Positions 1-9,484 of a DNA stretch of 64,000 nt are shown one piece after another; positions within the stretch are counted from its first letter, which is position 1; the number at the start of each line of letters is the position of its first letter. The stretch is from contig JAXLTR010000011.1 of the NCBI GenBank assembly GCA_046329965.1, positions 142,418 through 206,417 of the forward strand. The letters run 5' to 3'. The DNA is from Bacteroidales bacterium (GTDB lineage Bacteria; Bacteroidota; Bacteroidia; Bacteroidales; NBLH01). Below the pieces are notes generated by a model. It worked only from the letters and a program-made list of their open reading frames with translations. It was not told where the DNA came from and did no database searches. A program made the translations under genes and the position numbers.

Positions 1-1
1 A

Positions 2-244
2 ATGAATTTCTATTGCTCTGCAGTTGATGACATATTAAGGCATCCTACTGACCAGGGAACCATTGGTCTGATATTGTGCCAGGGCAAAGACAAAGTATTC
101 GCTGAATATGCACTTCGTGACATTCATAAACCCATTGGCATTTCTGATTACGAACTAACGCGTTCTTTACCTGATAATTTAAAAGGTAGTTTGCCAAGTA
201 TTGAAGCAATTGAAGCTGAATTAAGCCAAAAATTAGATGGGTAA
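2..244 (+). CDS. C-terminal fragment (gene continues off the left edge) of a DUF1016/YhcG-like PD-(D/E)xK-family protein
   Basis: The ORF is open to the window edge. The tail '...GLILCQGKDKVFAEYALRD...PIGISDYEL...LPSIEAIEAEL' matches my memory of the conserved YhcG/DUF1016 C-terminus. Recall-based only. Confidence 0.55.
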   Translation: MNFYCSAVDDILRHPTDQGTIGLILCQGKDKVFAEYALRDIHKPIGISDYELTRSLPDNLKGSLPSIEAIEAELSQKLDG

Positions 245-757
245 AATAAATGGGACATATCTATAAATAATATCATAGATTCAATCATAAATTACAACAG
301 GCCAAAAATCAGGAAGACAAATAGCTATGATTTAAATTACCACAGGAAAAAGCTAAGGAATGAATGTATTGAAAATTTAGAACAACTTTCAATCATTTTC
401 AATCATTTTAATTATATTAAAAGCTTTCAGTTAGATTATATAATTAGAGCGGATAATGTTCCAAAATCCATTGAAGGTAAATTATTTATAAAATTTATAA
501 AGCAATAGAACTTCAATCAATTTATAATTCACAACCAGCTATAATTCTAATTTATTGCCAATTGTGAAGATTTTTTGCAAAATTGGAAATTATCGACAGC
601 TTTTCAATTACTGCAATTATGTCAATTAATCGAAAACTAAATTTCAAAGTATAACTAACAATTTTTCACCTTCTATTTCTGCCAAATATTCTCTAATTCT
701 TAAATAACATTCTAATATATAGTTAATTACCAAAAGGTAAGGAGGTCTCAAGTAGTA

Positions 758-801
758 TATTCAATATATCTATTGAATAATTGAATATATTATTACCTTT
801 G
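758..801 (+). promoter_or_regulatory. Candidate ArsR-type operator (three 8-mer half-sites) abutting a TAnnTTTG -7 box
   Basis: TATTCAAT (758-765), 6-nt spacer, then ATTGAATA (772-779, exact reverse complement) and a tandem second ATTGAATA (780-787). TACCTTTG (794-801) fits the Bacteroidota TAnnTTTG box. The ArsR-rhodanese ATG is at 821. Confidence 0.45.
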
Positions 802-820
802 CAATCTAAATTAATACAAT

Positions 821-1477
821 ATGATAGGTCGGGAATTTAAAGATGCTATGTACGATGGGCTTTCTAAACTACTTAAAGCACTTTCAAACCCCTTTAGGCT
901 TGAAATTATTGAAATGCTTTCGCAAGGAGAAAAAAGTGTGGAAGGAATAGTACAAACCACAACCCTTTCTATTGCAAATGCTTCTCAACACTTGCAGGTC
1001 CTCAAAAATAATAATATTGTAAAATCCCGAAAAGATGGACACTATGTTTACTATTCTCTTATAAATGACGAATTTCTTTCAGTATATCAACATATTATAA
1101 AATATGCAGTAAGCGAAATAGCTGAACTAGAGAAGATAATGAACCGCCAGCGCGAAGACAACAAATCATTAAATGCAGTTAGCCTTGACGAATTAGAAAA
1201 TATGGTTCAAAACAGAAATATCTTGTTGATGGATGTTAGGCCCAGTATTGAATTTGAATTCGGACACATTACAGGTGCAATTTCAGTCCCAATGAATGAG
1301 CTGATGGAAAAACTAAAAGATGTAACAAAAGATAAGGAAATCATTGCTTATTGTCGTGGACCTTTCTGTGTCCTTGCCGATGAAGCGGTAAAATTATTGA
1401 GCGAACAGGGATATAAAGTCCGTAGGCTTGATGAAGGTTATCCCGAATGGAAAATGAAACAATTAGCAATCAATTAA
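821..1477 (+). CDS. ArsR/SmtB-family transcriptional regulator fused to a C-terminal rhodanese domain
   Basis: 218 aa. The N-terminus 'LSNPFRLEIIEMLSQGEKSVEGIV...SIANASQHLQVLKNNNIV' is a winged-HTH of ArsR type. The C-terminus 'LLMDVRPSIEFEFGHITGAISVP...IIAYCRGPFCVLADEA' is rhodanese-like with an active-site Cys loop. Confidence 0.85.
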   Translation: MIGREFKDAMYDGLSKLLKALSNPFRLEIIEMLSQGEKSVEGIVQTTTLSIANASQHLQVLKNNNIVKSRKDGHYVYYSLINDEFLSVYQHIIKYAVSEIAELEKIMNRQREDNKSLNAVSLDELENMVQNRNILLMDVRPSIEFEFGHITGAISVPMNELMEKLKDVTKDKEIIAYCRGPFCVLADEAVKLLSEQGYKVRRLDEGYPEWKMKQLAIN

Positions 1478-1478
1478 A

Positions 1479-2621
1479 ATGGGAAAACCGATTTATCTCG
1501 ATTATAATGCAACAACGCCTGTTGATCCGGAAGTTGCAAATGAAATAATTCCTTACATTCAAACTTTTTATGGAAATCCATCCAGCTCCTATTCAATCGG
1601 TAGGAGCTCAAAAGAAGCAATTGTTAAAGCACGGCAACAGGTAGCTAATTTAATCAATGCAAAGCCCGAAGAAATAGTATTTACCAGTTGTGCCACAGAA
1701 TCTAATAATTTGGCAATACATGGTTTTGTCCTTGCCAATAAAGACAAGGGAAAGCATATCATTACTTCAGTAATTGAACATCCTGCTGTAACAGAGGTTT
1801 GTAAATATTTAAGCACTTTGGATTACGAAATTACTTACATTCCTGTTGATACTTTTGGAATAATAAATCCGAAGGATGTAGAAAATGCAATTCGTCCCGA
1901 TACGACTCTTATAACCATCATGCATGCTAATAATGAAGTTGGTTCAGTTCAGCCAATCAGAGAAATTGCGGCAATTGCCGAAAAAAATAATATCACCTTC
2001 CACACTGATGCTTCACAATCATTAGGAAAAATTGAGGCTGACGTTACAAAACTTGGAGTTGATTTACTTACTATTGCAGGGCATAAACTATATGCACCAA
2101 AAGGTATAGGAGCCTTGTATGTAAAACAAGGCACTAAAATTGAAAATCTCTTATATGGTGCTAATCAGGAAAAAGGAATCAGACCAGGTACTGAAAACTT
2201 AATTCATATTGTTGGACTTGGTAAAGCTTGCGAAATAGCTAAAAGGGATTTTGATAAGAATCGTCAAAACATGTTATCAATGAGAGACAGACTGCTAAGC
2301 GGACTCAGGAATAATTTTGGTGATAAAGTTAAAGTAAATGGTAATTTAGAAATGTGCCTTCCTAATACCTTGAGTATTGCATTTGACAAAGTTGAAGCGC
2401 ATACACTTGCTTCGGTTATCAGTAAAGAAATTTATATCTCTACAGGTTCAGCCTGTCATGCCGATTCTATTGAAATTTCATCCGTACTAAAAGCAATGAA
2501 TATTAATCTTACAACAGCCGCTGGCACGGTGCGAATTAGTACAGGAAAGTACACTACAGCTGAAGAAATTGAATTGGCTGTAAAAATTATATCAAACGCA
2601 GTTAAAAAATTATCGCTTTAA
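1479..2621 (+). CDS. Cysteine desulfurase (class V aminotransferase, NifS/IscS-like)
   Basis: 380 aa. 'IYLDYNATTPVDPEV', the PLP-lysine context 'IAGHKLYAPKGIGALYV' and the catalytic-Cys loop 'STGSACHADS' are typical. It starts 1 nt after the regulator stop. Confidence 0.9.
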   Translation: MGKPIYLDYNATTPVDPEVANEIIPYIQTFYGNPSSSYSIGRSSKEAIVKARQQVANLINAKPEEIVFTSCATESNNLAIHGFVLANKDKGKHIITSVIEHPAVTEVCKYLSTLDYEITYIPVDTFGIINPKDVENAIRPDTTLITIMHANNEVGSVQPIREIAAIAEKNNITFHTDASQSLGKIEADVTKLGVDLLTIAGHKLYAPKGIGALYVKQGTKIENLLYGANQEKGIRPGTENLIHIVGLGKACEIAKRDFDKNRQNMLSMRDRLLSGLRNNFGDKVKVNGNLEMCLPNTLSIAFDKVEAHTLASVISKEIYISTGSACHADSIEISSVLKAMNINLTTAAGTVRISTGKYTTAEEIELAVKIISNAVKKLSL

Positions 2622-2652
2622 AAAATCAATTATTAATCTTAAAAAAGAAAAC

Positions 2653-3057
2653 ATGATGAAAAAATTCCTATTCCTTAGCTTAATTCTTATTTCTGTTGCT
2701 TTTAGCAGCATTAAAGCTCAATCAGTCCTAAAGGCTACAAGCCTTGGTATTGTTATTTATTCAAACGATACCGAAACAATTTGGAATGCATTGCGATTAG
2801 CCAATTATTCAAAAAATCAGGGCGATACAGTAAGCATTTTTTTATTAGGTAAAGGGGTAGAGCTCGATAATCTTATAAAGTCCGATAATGACCTTAAAGA
2901 ACAATCAGACACATTTTTAAATAGTGGAGGAACAATTTTAGGTTGTGGAACTTGCTTAAAAAGTAGAAATAATAATGAACCACAAGTGTGTAAATTTTCA
3001 TCCTTAAAAGATTTGTATGAACTAATCCGCAGAAACAAAGTAGTATTGACATTTTAA
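2653..3057 (+). CDS. DsrE/DsrF-like protein with N-terminal signal peptide
   Basis: 134 aa. 'MMKKFLFLSLILISVAFSSIKAQ' looks like a signal peptide. The body 'LGIVIYSNDTETIWNALRLANY...ILGCGTCLKSR' resembles the DsrE fold (Rossmann-like start plus a CGTC segment). Confidence 0.55.
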   Translation: MMKKFLFLSLILISVAFSSIKAQSVLKATSLGIVIYSNDTETIWNALRLANYSKNQGDTVSIFLLGKGVELDNLIKSDNDLKEQSDTFLNSGGTILGCGTCLKSRNNNEPQVCKFSSLKDLYELIRRNKVVLTF

Positions 3058-3068
3058 ATATAAAAAAA

Positions 3069-3425
3069 ATGGAAAAAGTTTTAATCCTTATCAACGATGC
3101 TCCTTACGGGTCAGAAAAAGCTTATAATGCATTACGTCTGGCCATGCAAATCCAAAAAGAACACGAAAATACCGAATTATGTGTTTTTCTGATGGCCGAC
3201 GCGGTTACCTGTGCCCTACCTAATCAAAATACCCCAAATGGTTATTATAACATTGAAAGAATGCTAAAATCGGTTATTAACAAAAAAGGAAAAGTTAAAT
3301 TATGTGGTACATGTGCTGATGCTCGCGGTCTTAAAGAGATGAAACTCATTGAGGGTGCGGAAATAAGTACAATGAAAGAATTAACTCAATGGACTTTGGA
3401 AAGCAATAAAGTAGTTACATTTTAA
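3069..3425 (+). CDS. DsrE/DsrF-like sulfur-relay family protein (cytoplasmic)
   Basis: 118 aa. 'KVLILINDAPYGSEKAYNALRLA...FLMADAV...KLCGTCADARGL' is the classic DsrE-family pattern. Confidence 0.7.
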   Translation: MEKVLILINDAPYGSEKAYNALRLAMQIQKEHENTELCVFLMADAVTCALPNQNTPNGYYNIERMLKSVINKKGKVKLCGTCADARGLKEMKLIEGAEISTMKELTQWTLESNKVVTF

Positions 3426-3792
3426 CATGGACGAAGTTGATTTGAAAACAACCTTAAAGAAAAATTAAAAAAAAATTTAATTAAAAATTGGAACTTTCGG
3501 TAATAAATGAGTTTATTGCCGAAAATCCCTATAGTTAATCATATCGACAACAGAATAAAACGTTCAAATTTAAGTCGTAAAATAATGATAAGACAATTTA
3601 TATCTATTAATCCAGAACAAAAGATTCCATTTTAAAAACGCTTACTTTCTAAAATTGGTTGATTTATTGAAAAATTACTTTGAAAAAATCAAGTGCATTA
3701 CCGTAGACCACCAAACGCCTTTTAAGACAGTACAATCCTTTGTTTTTTGTAGTTTTCGGAAATTATAAAAGGATGGATGGGTTCACTCCGAA

Positions 3793-3876
3793 AACCCTGC
3801 CAGCGTTGATTCCAATTAATCAGATTAAATGCTTAGGTCATTTAATCTGATCATTACAAAAAAAGCTGGCAGGGTT
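3793..3876. repeat. 84-nt two-tier hairpin (two perfect 12-bp stems) in a 575-bp ORF-free convergent intergenic region
   Basis: The outer arms AACCCTGCCAGC (3793-3804) and GCTGGCAGGGTT (3865-3876) are exact complements. The inner arms TCAGATTAAATG (3820-3831) and CATTTAATCTGA (3839-3850) are exact complements around the loop CTTAGGT. Confidence 0.7.
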
Positions 3877-4001
3877 AATTTGCAAAACCAGACTTTTTAG
3901 AGTTGACTCATTGATACAATTTCGATAAAAAAATTAAGTGATTCAAAGAGTTATAGATTTCAAATTTTCGAAATATTTTGATAAAAATACTTTTACCATA
4001 A

Positions 4002-4523
4002 TTATTTCATAAAATACACCCTGTACTCCCCTTCTGTCTTATACTCCAGCCAATGCTTATAGTCCATACTCAGGCTTTTATCGAGCAAGGGTGCCGGAAT
4101 AAACGGGGCAATGATTTCAAGTATTTCGTTTTCACCAAGCTTTTTAATCGACGAAAGCACCTCGTGCACCGGCTGTTCATCGCGGTTAAGCATATCGCGG
4201 ATGTCTATTAAATTGGTAACGCTTTCTTCCTTAAACCATTCGGGGCGTAAGGTAACATATTTTGTACCTGTTTCGTCAAGTTGTTCAATCTGCCCCTGCC
4301 CAACCTTTTCACGCAGCTTATTTACCAGGTTTTCAACATTTAAACCTCCAATTGAAGCAGCCTGACCAATATTGGCAACCCTTGCAATTGTATTTCGCAA
4401 TATCGGGTTCTTTAATTTTTTAAATTCCGGGGCCAGGCCAATCAAAATATCTTCGAGCTGAGGATAGGCTTCGAGGAGATCGTATATTTTTGTCTTTGGT
4501 GTAATAATTAATTTGTCCATCAT
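4002..4523 (-). CDS. DUF1858 (ScdA-N-like) domain protein
   Basis: 173 aa. The N-terminus 'ITPKTKIYDLLEAYPQLEDILIGLAPEFKKLKNPILRNT..A....AA' is the DUF1858 pattern as I recall it. The start abuts the stop of the upstream DUF438 gene with a 0-nt gap. Confidence 0.65.
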   Translation of the reverse strand: MMDKLIITPKTKIYDLLEAYPQLEDILIGLAPEFKKLKNPILRNTIARVANIGQAASIGGLNVENLVNKLREKVGQGQIEQLDETGTKYVTLRPEWFKEESVTNLIDIRDMLNRDEQPVHEVLSSIKKLGENEILEIIAPFIPAPLLDKSLSMDYKHWLEYKTEGEYRVYFMK

Positions 4524-5771
4524 TTATTCTTTTTTGTCAGTATATGATAAAATTCTTTGTTCCCCTTCCAGGCTCCGGGCATTTGTTAAATCCTGCGAAA
4601 CTTCCAATGTTCCAAGGTATTCGCCATTTTCGTCCCTGAGTGCATAATATTCAATGTAAATAAACTTACCCTTCATTTGGATCCAAAATGGTGCGTGCGA
4701 TGCCCGGCCTGATTTAAAATCGTCAATAATTTTTTCTACAATATGAACACTGCCAGGAGGGTGACATAATCTCACATCCCTATTTATAATTGATCGGCTA
4801 CGTGCAAATATCCTTTCTTTTCCTTGTGTGAAATATTTTACTTTATCGTTCTTATCAACAAATGTCATATCAAGCGGAACGATGTTTAATATTGCTAAAA
4901 TTTCCTTTGCAGTGAAGCTTCCTGATGGTAATTGAATTATCCCGTTTTCATTTGATACGCTTGTATTGCTATAACTTTCGCTGGACATTCCCTCTGGTTT
5001 CCATTCAATTTGAGGATCGTAAAGGGTGAAACCAAATTCAAGTGTTTGGTTATTAATTTGCCACCACTCTTCGGTAGTCAAAACATCCATGCTCATTGGG
5101 AACAGAATTTCTTCTTCCTTTTTGGTCATATCGCCAACGGCCTGTAATACTGGCAAGAAGAGTATTTCCAGTGCATCTAGCATATCTGATTTTTTAAGTC
5201 CTTCTGCCCTGAGTATTTCTATACAGCCTTTCAATTGATCGCGTATTTCATCATGTTTTCCCCACATCACTTTTGGTGGACCAGTAATATCATTCTTTTC
5301 AAGAAATGGAAATAACAGGTATTCTTTTCGCTGGTAATGCTTGTCCACGTCCATTAAATCGTTAAAACAAGCCTGGATTTTAAAATTATGCTCTTTAAAC
5401 TTATCATCCGTCACAAAATGTAGTTCAGCCAGGAGCAATTCGGCTTTTTCAATTACTTTCCTGAGTTCCCTGTTTTCATTTTTAAATACATCAACCGGAT
5501 GTCCTGCTGGTATTGCTTGTGCACCACTTTGGTCAATGTGTCCCTCGAGCACTTCGCCATGAATATCACATAATTTAAGAACTTCCGATTCTGGTAAACC
5601 ATCCATAATCAATTCTTGTTCCACTTCAACTACTTCTCCATAAGGTATTTGCTGAAGGGTTTCAACAAGTTCTTTACGCACTGTTTGAGGATTTTCACCT
5701 TTGTGAAGTTTCAGGATAAGCTCTTTTAATTTTTCTTTCCTGAACATTGAATTATTTATTAACTCGCTCAT
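4524..5771 (-). CDS. DUF438-family protein (hemerythrin-like N-terminal region + PAS-like C-terminal domain)
   Basis: 415 aa. It has His/Glu-rich helical repeats N-terminally. The C-terminus is 'VDKNDKVKYF...CHPPGSVHIVEKII..F..G....FWIQMKGKFIYIEYYALRDENGEYLGTLEVSQD'. A paralog lies at 23474-24676. A TAAATTTG -7-type box (minus strand, 5788-5795) sits just upstream. Confidence 0.7.
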   Translation of the reverse strand: MSELINNSMFRKEKLKELILKLHKGENPQTVRKELVETLQQIPYGEVVEVEQELIMDGLPESEVLKLCDIHGEVLEGHIDQSGAQAIPAGHPVDVFKNENRELRKVIEKAELLLAELHFVTDDKFKEHNFKIQACFNDLMDVDKHYQRKEYLLFPFLEKNDITGPPKVMWGKHDEIRDQLKGCIEILRAEGLKKSDMLDALEILFLPVLQAVGDMTKKEEEILFPMSMDVLTTEEWWQINNQTLEFGFTLYDPQIEWKPEGMSSESYSNTSVSNENGIIQLPSGSFTAKEILAILNIVPLDMTFVDKNDKVKYFTQGKERIFARSRSIINRDVRLCHPPGSVHIVEKIIDDFKSGRASHAPFWIQMKGKFIYIEYYALRDENGEYLGTLEVSQDLTNARSLEGEQRILSYTDKKE

Positions 5772-5879
5772 AATTAATTGTTTTATGCAAATTTATTTCA
5801 AATAGATAATTAACACAATACCTAAATATAGTTAATTTTTATTTAGACTAATTCCATTTAATGCCATAAAATTTTTTAA

Positions 5880-6218
5880 CTAAACAAATTTTGCAGTAAC
5901 ATCCGGTCTTGGAGCCTTTATTACCAAAACTCTTGTATCATTTTTGCTCAGGTTGCTTATGCAATGCACTATTTCTGCAGGACTTTCAATTAATGTATCT
6001 TTTTCAAATTCTTTGGATTCATTGCCAACCTGTATTAAAGGAGTCCCTTCTAAAACGTAAAACACCACATCAACCGGTGTTTTATGTGGTTTAAGACTTT
6101 CCCCTGGCCTTAATGTTACATGCATCACCTGGGCTGATGCATTATTATACATTTGTCTTACATCCACTTTATGCGGATTCTCTCTGATTTCTTCTGATTT
6201 GTAATTTCTTGATATCAT
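5880..6218 (-). CDS. Cupin-domain protein
   Basis: 112 aa. 'VMHVTLRPGESLKPHKTPVDVVFYVLEGT' ... 'PAEIVHCISN' fits the two-motif cupin barrel. Confidence 0.65.
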   Translation of the reverse strand: MISRNYKSEEIRENPHKVDVRQMYNNASAQVMHVTLRPGESLKPHKTPVDVVFYVLEGTPLIQVGNESKEFEKDTLIESPAEIVHCISNLSKNDTRVLVIKAPRPDVTAKFV

Positions 6219-6374
6219 TTTTATAGTATTTTAAAATTTAAAATTTAAAATTTAGTTATATGTTAAGACTCACTCTAAGGACCATTCTCAATAATGAAAA
6301 TTTCCTATTAACATTTCTTTTTGTAAACAGTAGATAAAATGAAATTTTCCTTGATATGTATCAGGGTTATCATA

Positions 6375-7925
6375 CTAATCACTATTTTGTACAATCATCT
6401 TCTTAGGTTTTTTATATTTCCTCCTCCAAAGCATATAACCGCTAAAAACCACTATCACTCCTGCAATTCCAATAAGTGGCACTATCAGGATATAAAAATC
6501 ACCAATAATAGTCTGGAAGATTCTGCCCGTATGGATCTCAAGAGATAGATTCCAGAGCGACATTTTAGATTCTTCAAGGATAGTTTGAGATATTTCTGGA
6601 AACCTTTGATTGTGCCTTACAGGAAAAACTCCCTGATCATAATCTGCCATATAAAGATTTCCATTACAATCTTTTATGGTACCTGTAATTTTGACATCAC
6701 CTATTGGTCTGCCCGTACTTTCATTCCCAACAACTTTGCCATTTGCATAATTAAAAATCTCAGGACGAGAGGGATGCCAGAGAAATAAACCACTGAATGA
6801 GCCAATTAAATAAGCTTCATTGTTGAATTTCTCAAAAGTATTAATACCCATCACGCTAACCGGAGGCTGTATACTAAAGAATTCAGGCTTGTCAAGATTT
6901 TTATTGGTATAACAAATCCCATCAGAAGTAGAAAGGAGCAATATATTCCTTTCCTTATCATAGAGTATATCCCTCAGTTTGTCGTGCCAGGGATTTGGTT
7001 GATCCAAATGTGAATATTTTATGGGCGAAACTTTTGCATTGGCAATTGCAATCAGCAATGGTGGGCGTAAAAAAATGCCTGTAAAAAACAAGAAAATTAT
7101 AAAGCCGAAAAACCATGCTCCTGTATGGTTATGCCACTTTAGCGACCATTTATTTATCCGGTTGATTGATTCTGTTGATTTACTTTTTAGTTTACACCGT
7201 TTAATCCAGCTCGGGAAAAAAAAGTAAATAATACCGGTTACCGATAAAAAGACGGTGATCAATCCCAACAAATCAACAAAAAGCTTTCCAGGGACTCCAA
7301 ATATTTCACCCGAATGTAATTGCCAGATGGTTTCAAAGAGGCCTACTTTATCAGTATATCCCTCTGGAGCAGGTAGTTCAGTTTTAATGAAATCTGTCTG
7401 GACTCCTTTGGATTTTCCAATGAAAACATAAGAACGATTTATCGTGTAAATGGTATCTCCAATACTCTCGATACCCGTAAATCGCTCATTATTATTATTT
7501 ATAGGAAATGAAATCCACGTTTTGCGAGCACGATCATATGCATATAATCCGAAAAGCGTTGCTGCATAAATTTCACCATCGGCAGACTGATGTACATCGA
7601 ATATTTTACGGTTATCACTTCCTTTTGGAAAACCGTGATTAAACGATTGATAATCCCTGAATCCTGAATCTGTCAGCCATATACCAATATTACCATATAT
7701 CAGGATGCTGTCGGGATTTATAATAAGATTCCCTTTAATAGCTGCATTGTTCCAATTTGCATATTTATATACTTCAGGCAAAATATCCCTGTCGATATCG
7801 ATTCCGGAAAAGAAATGCCTGTGATTCATGAATATACCAGTAAGACCATAGTATAGTAAAAAGACTGAAATAATCAATCCAGGCCATTTGTGCATCTTCT
7901 TGTATGCGCTCCATCTATTCCTCAT
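6375..7925 (-). CDS. PepSY-associated TM-helix protein with a large extracytoplasmic (propeller-like) middle region
   Basis: 516 aa. The N-terminus 'YKKMHKWPGLIISVFLLYYGLTGIFMNHR' and the C-terminus 'LEIHTGRIF....GDFYILIVPLIGIAGVIVVFSGYMLW' are typical PepSY_TM signatures. Confidence 0.7.
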   Translation of the reverse strand: MRNRWSAYKKMHKWPGLIISVFLLYYGLTGIFMNHRHFFSGIDIDRDILPEVYKYANWNNAAIKGNLIINPDSILIYGNIGIWLTDSGFRDYQSFNHGFPKGSDNRKIFDVHQSADGEIYAATLFGLYAYDRARKTWISFPINNNNERFTGIESIGDTIYTINRSYVFIGKSKGVQTDFIKTELPAPEGYTDKVGLFETIWQLHSGEIFGVPGKLFVDLLGLITVFLSVTGIIYFFFPSWIKRCKLKSKSTESINRINKWSLKWHNHTGAWFFGFIIFLFFTGIFLRPPLLIAIANAKVSPIKYSHLDQPNPWHDKLRDILYDKERNILLLSTSDGICYTNKNLDKPEFFSIQPPVSVMGINTFEKFNNEAYLIGSFSGLFLWHPSRPEIFNYANGKVVGNESTGRPIGDVKITGTIKDCNGNLYMADYDQGVFPVRHNQRFPEISQTILEESKMSLWNLSLEIHTGRIFQTIIGDFYILIVPLIGIAGVIVVFSGYMLWRRKYKKPKKMIVQNSD

Positions 7926-7962
7926 GATTGGAAAACTAAAATCTTATTAGTGAGCAGCTTTT

Positions 7963-8487
7963 TTAGCGTTTTTGTTTTAAACTTTCTATAAAAGAAGGAA
8001 TATCAGTGTTAAAAAAATCTGTGGGATTAATTGACAAATATGCTTCATTAACTTTTTGTTTTTGAAGATGATCCAATGCTGCTTCGGCCATTGGGTAAAG
8101 AATATTATCTTCCTTATAGATATGTTGCTGGAGCAAATAGCAATATCCTCGTGCATTTTCAATCAGTTCATGTTTATTACCATCTCCTAAGGCGTTTTCC
8201 ATTTCTTTTACATAATTACGCCCTTCATCATGCTCCATCAACATTACTGGTATTGGGTTGCAATGCATACCCGATTGGTCTTCGAGCATTGTCTTAAAAA
8301 GGATATCTTCTTCCTTAATATGGTGGAACCCATCGGCATATTTTTTAATAAAATTCAAAACATCATTAAAAAAATCCTTTTTAAATTCCTTTCCTTTTTC
8401 AAGTTCATCGCATTCATTTAAAACAACATCAATAACCTTCAGGATATTTTGATGTTCATCGGACAGTACGTTTGTTATGTTTGTCAT
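7963..8487 (-). CDS. Hemerythrin-like (HHE cation-binding) domain protein
   Basis: 174 aa. 'LSDEHQNILKVIDVV', 'HHIKEEDILF', 'MLMEHDEGR' and 'HIYKEDNILYPMA' are H/E motifs spaced as in hemerythrin four-helix bundles. Confidence 0.7.
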   Translation of the reverse strand: MTNITNVLSDEHQNILKVIDVVLNECDELEKGKEFKKDFFNDVLNFIKKYADGFHHIKEEDILFKTMLEDQSGMHCNPIPVMLMEHDEGRNYVKEMENALGDGNKHELIENARGYCYLLQQHIYKEDNILYPMAEAALDHLQKQKVNEAYLSINPTDFFNTDIPSFIESLKQKR

Positions 8488-8732
8488 CTATTTACATTTA
8501 AAAATAAAACTTCTATTGCTATCGGGATTTTAATGGTAAATATAATCCCGTAATTAAATAAAGGTCTGTTTGTAATTCGGATCTTCCTGTTATGGTCAAG
8601 AGAATAATACGATAAATTTTCCAAAAAATTGACCCAGAAACAGACTTACGTGTTGCCACAGTTTTTCTCTAATAATCAAACGTTTATTATCGAATTCTTT
8701 TTCTGACATGTATCTAAAATGCTATTTGTATC

Positions 8733-9149
8733 TTAAGATTTTGCGTTATATTTTAATGCCAATGACTGAATGGTTTCTGTTGAAACCATATTGTCGATAG
8801 ACTCCCTGATAGATTTGTACATGTGATGGAGTGGACATGGATTGCTCTCATCGCATTTTTTTAATCCTAAACCGCAGCCTGTAATTATTTTATTTCCCTC
8901 CGTGGCTGTAATCAATTCTTTCATTGTTAGTTCTGGTTTTTTAGGATCAAAATAAAATCCCCCACCTTTTCCTTTAATCGATATGACAAAACCTAGCCTG
9001 ACCAACCGTTGTAGTATTTTGGCTGTAAAAAATCGTGGTGCTTCAATTTCGTTTGTTATTTCCTCAATTCCGGGTCTCTTTTCGTGTATATTTTGAATCT
9101 GGATATAAACTAAAGCCCTTAATGCATATTCAGTTTCTTTGTTAAACAT
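8733..9149 (-). CDS. Rrf2-family transcriptional regulator (Fe-S type; IscR/NsrR-like)
   Basis: 138 aa. 'TEYALRALVYI' gives the N-terminal wHTH. 'CGLGLKKCDESNPCPLH' gives a C-x6-C-x5-C-x2-H candidate cluster ligand set. Confidence 0.85.
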   Translation of the reverse strand: MFNKETEYALRALVYIQIQNIHEKRPGIEEITNEIEAPRFFTAKILQRLVRLGFVISIKGKGGGFYFDPKKPELTMKELITATEGNKIITGCGLGLKKCDESNPCPLHHMYKSIRESIDNMVSTETIQSLALKYNAKS

Positions 9150-9484
9150 TTTCTTTTTCGTTTATTTGACAAAATTAATAAAAATTATCAAAATCACAAA
9201 AAGACCTTTTTGTCATTTATGTAATTATTATTTATTCATAAGCAATTCACAAGACTAGTTTCAATCAAATTGAAAATCAAATTAATGTTGTTTGTAAAGA
9301 GCTAGATGTAACTTTCTAAATATAATGTTGCACCAACCTGAAGTATTTATAGGAAAAATGCGCTAAGTAATAGGACTAACACAATCTGGCGCATTTATGA
9401 GATGTAAATGGGAGGCTTCATTTAATCCAGAATTTGATAAAATGAATGCGAAAAGCACAATGTTTTATGAAAAATATATCGATT

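Noticed and set aside
245-505. An 87-codon open frame continues directly after the in-frame TAA stop of the DUF1016-like gene ('NKWDISINNIIDSIINYNRPKIRK...'). Together with the in-frame TAA at 43310, this raised the idea of TAA readthrough or reassignment.
   Set aside because: - The stretch has no ATG/GTG/TTG and is N/I/K-rich, as expected from translating AT-rich DNA.
- The DUF1016 protein already ends with its usual C-terminal motif.
- Many well-defined genes here, such as narG, terminate cleanly at TAA with the next gene starting right after, so reassignment is not supported.
6351-6364. An FNR-consensus-like box TTGAT-atgt-ATCAG lies 133 bp upstream of the cupin gene start.
   Set aside because: - It is a single occurrence with an imperfect right half.
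- It differs from the exact ATATGA-N6-TCATAT dyads next to the Fnr-like gene.
- Such a box arises easily by chance in AT-rich DNA.
6339-6548. The plus-strand ORF 6339-6548 (69 aa) in and next to the PepSY gene 3' end was considered as a small gene.
   Set aside because: It mostly overlaps the PepSY-TM coding region on the opposite strand, and its sequence is low-complexity.
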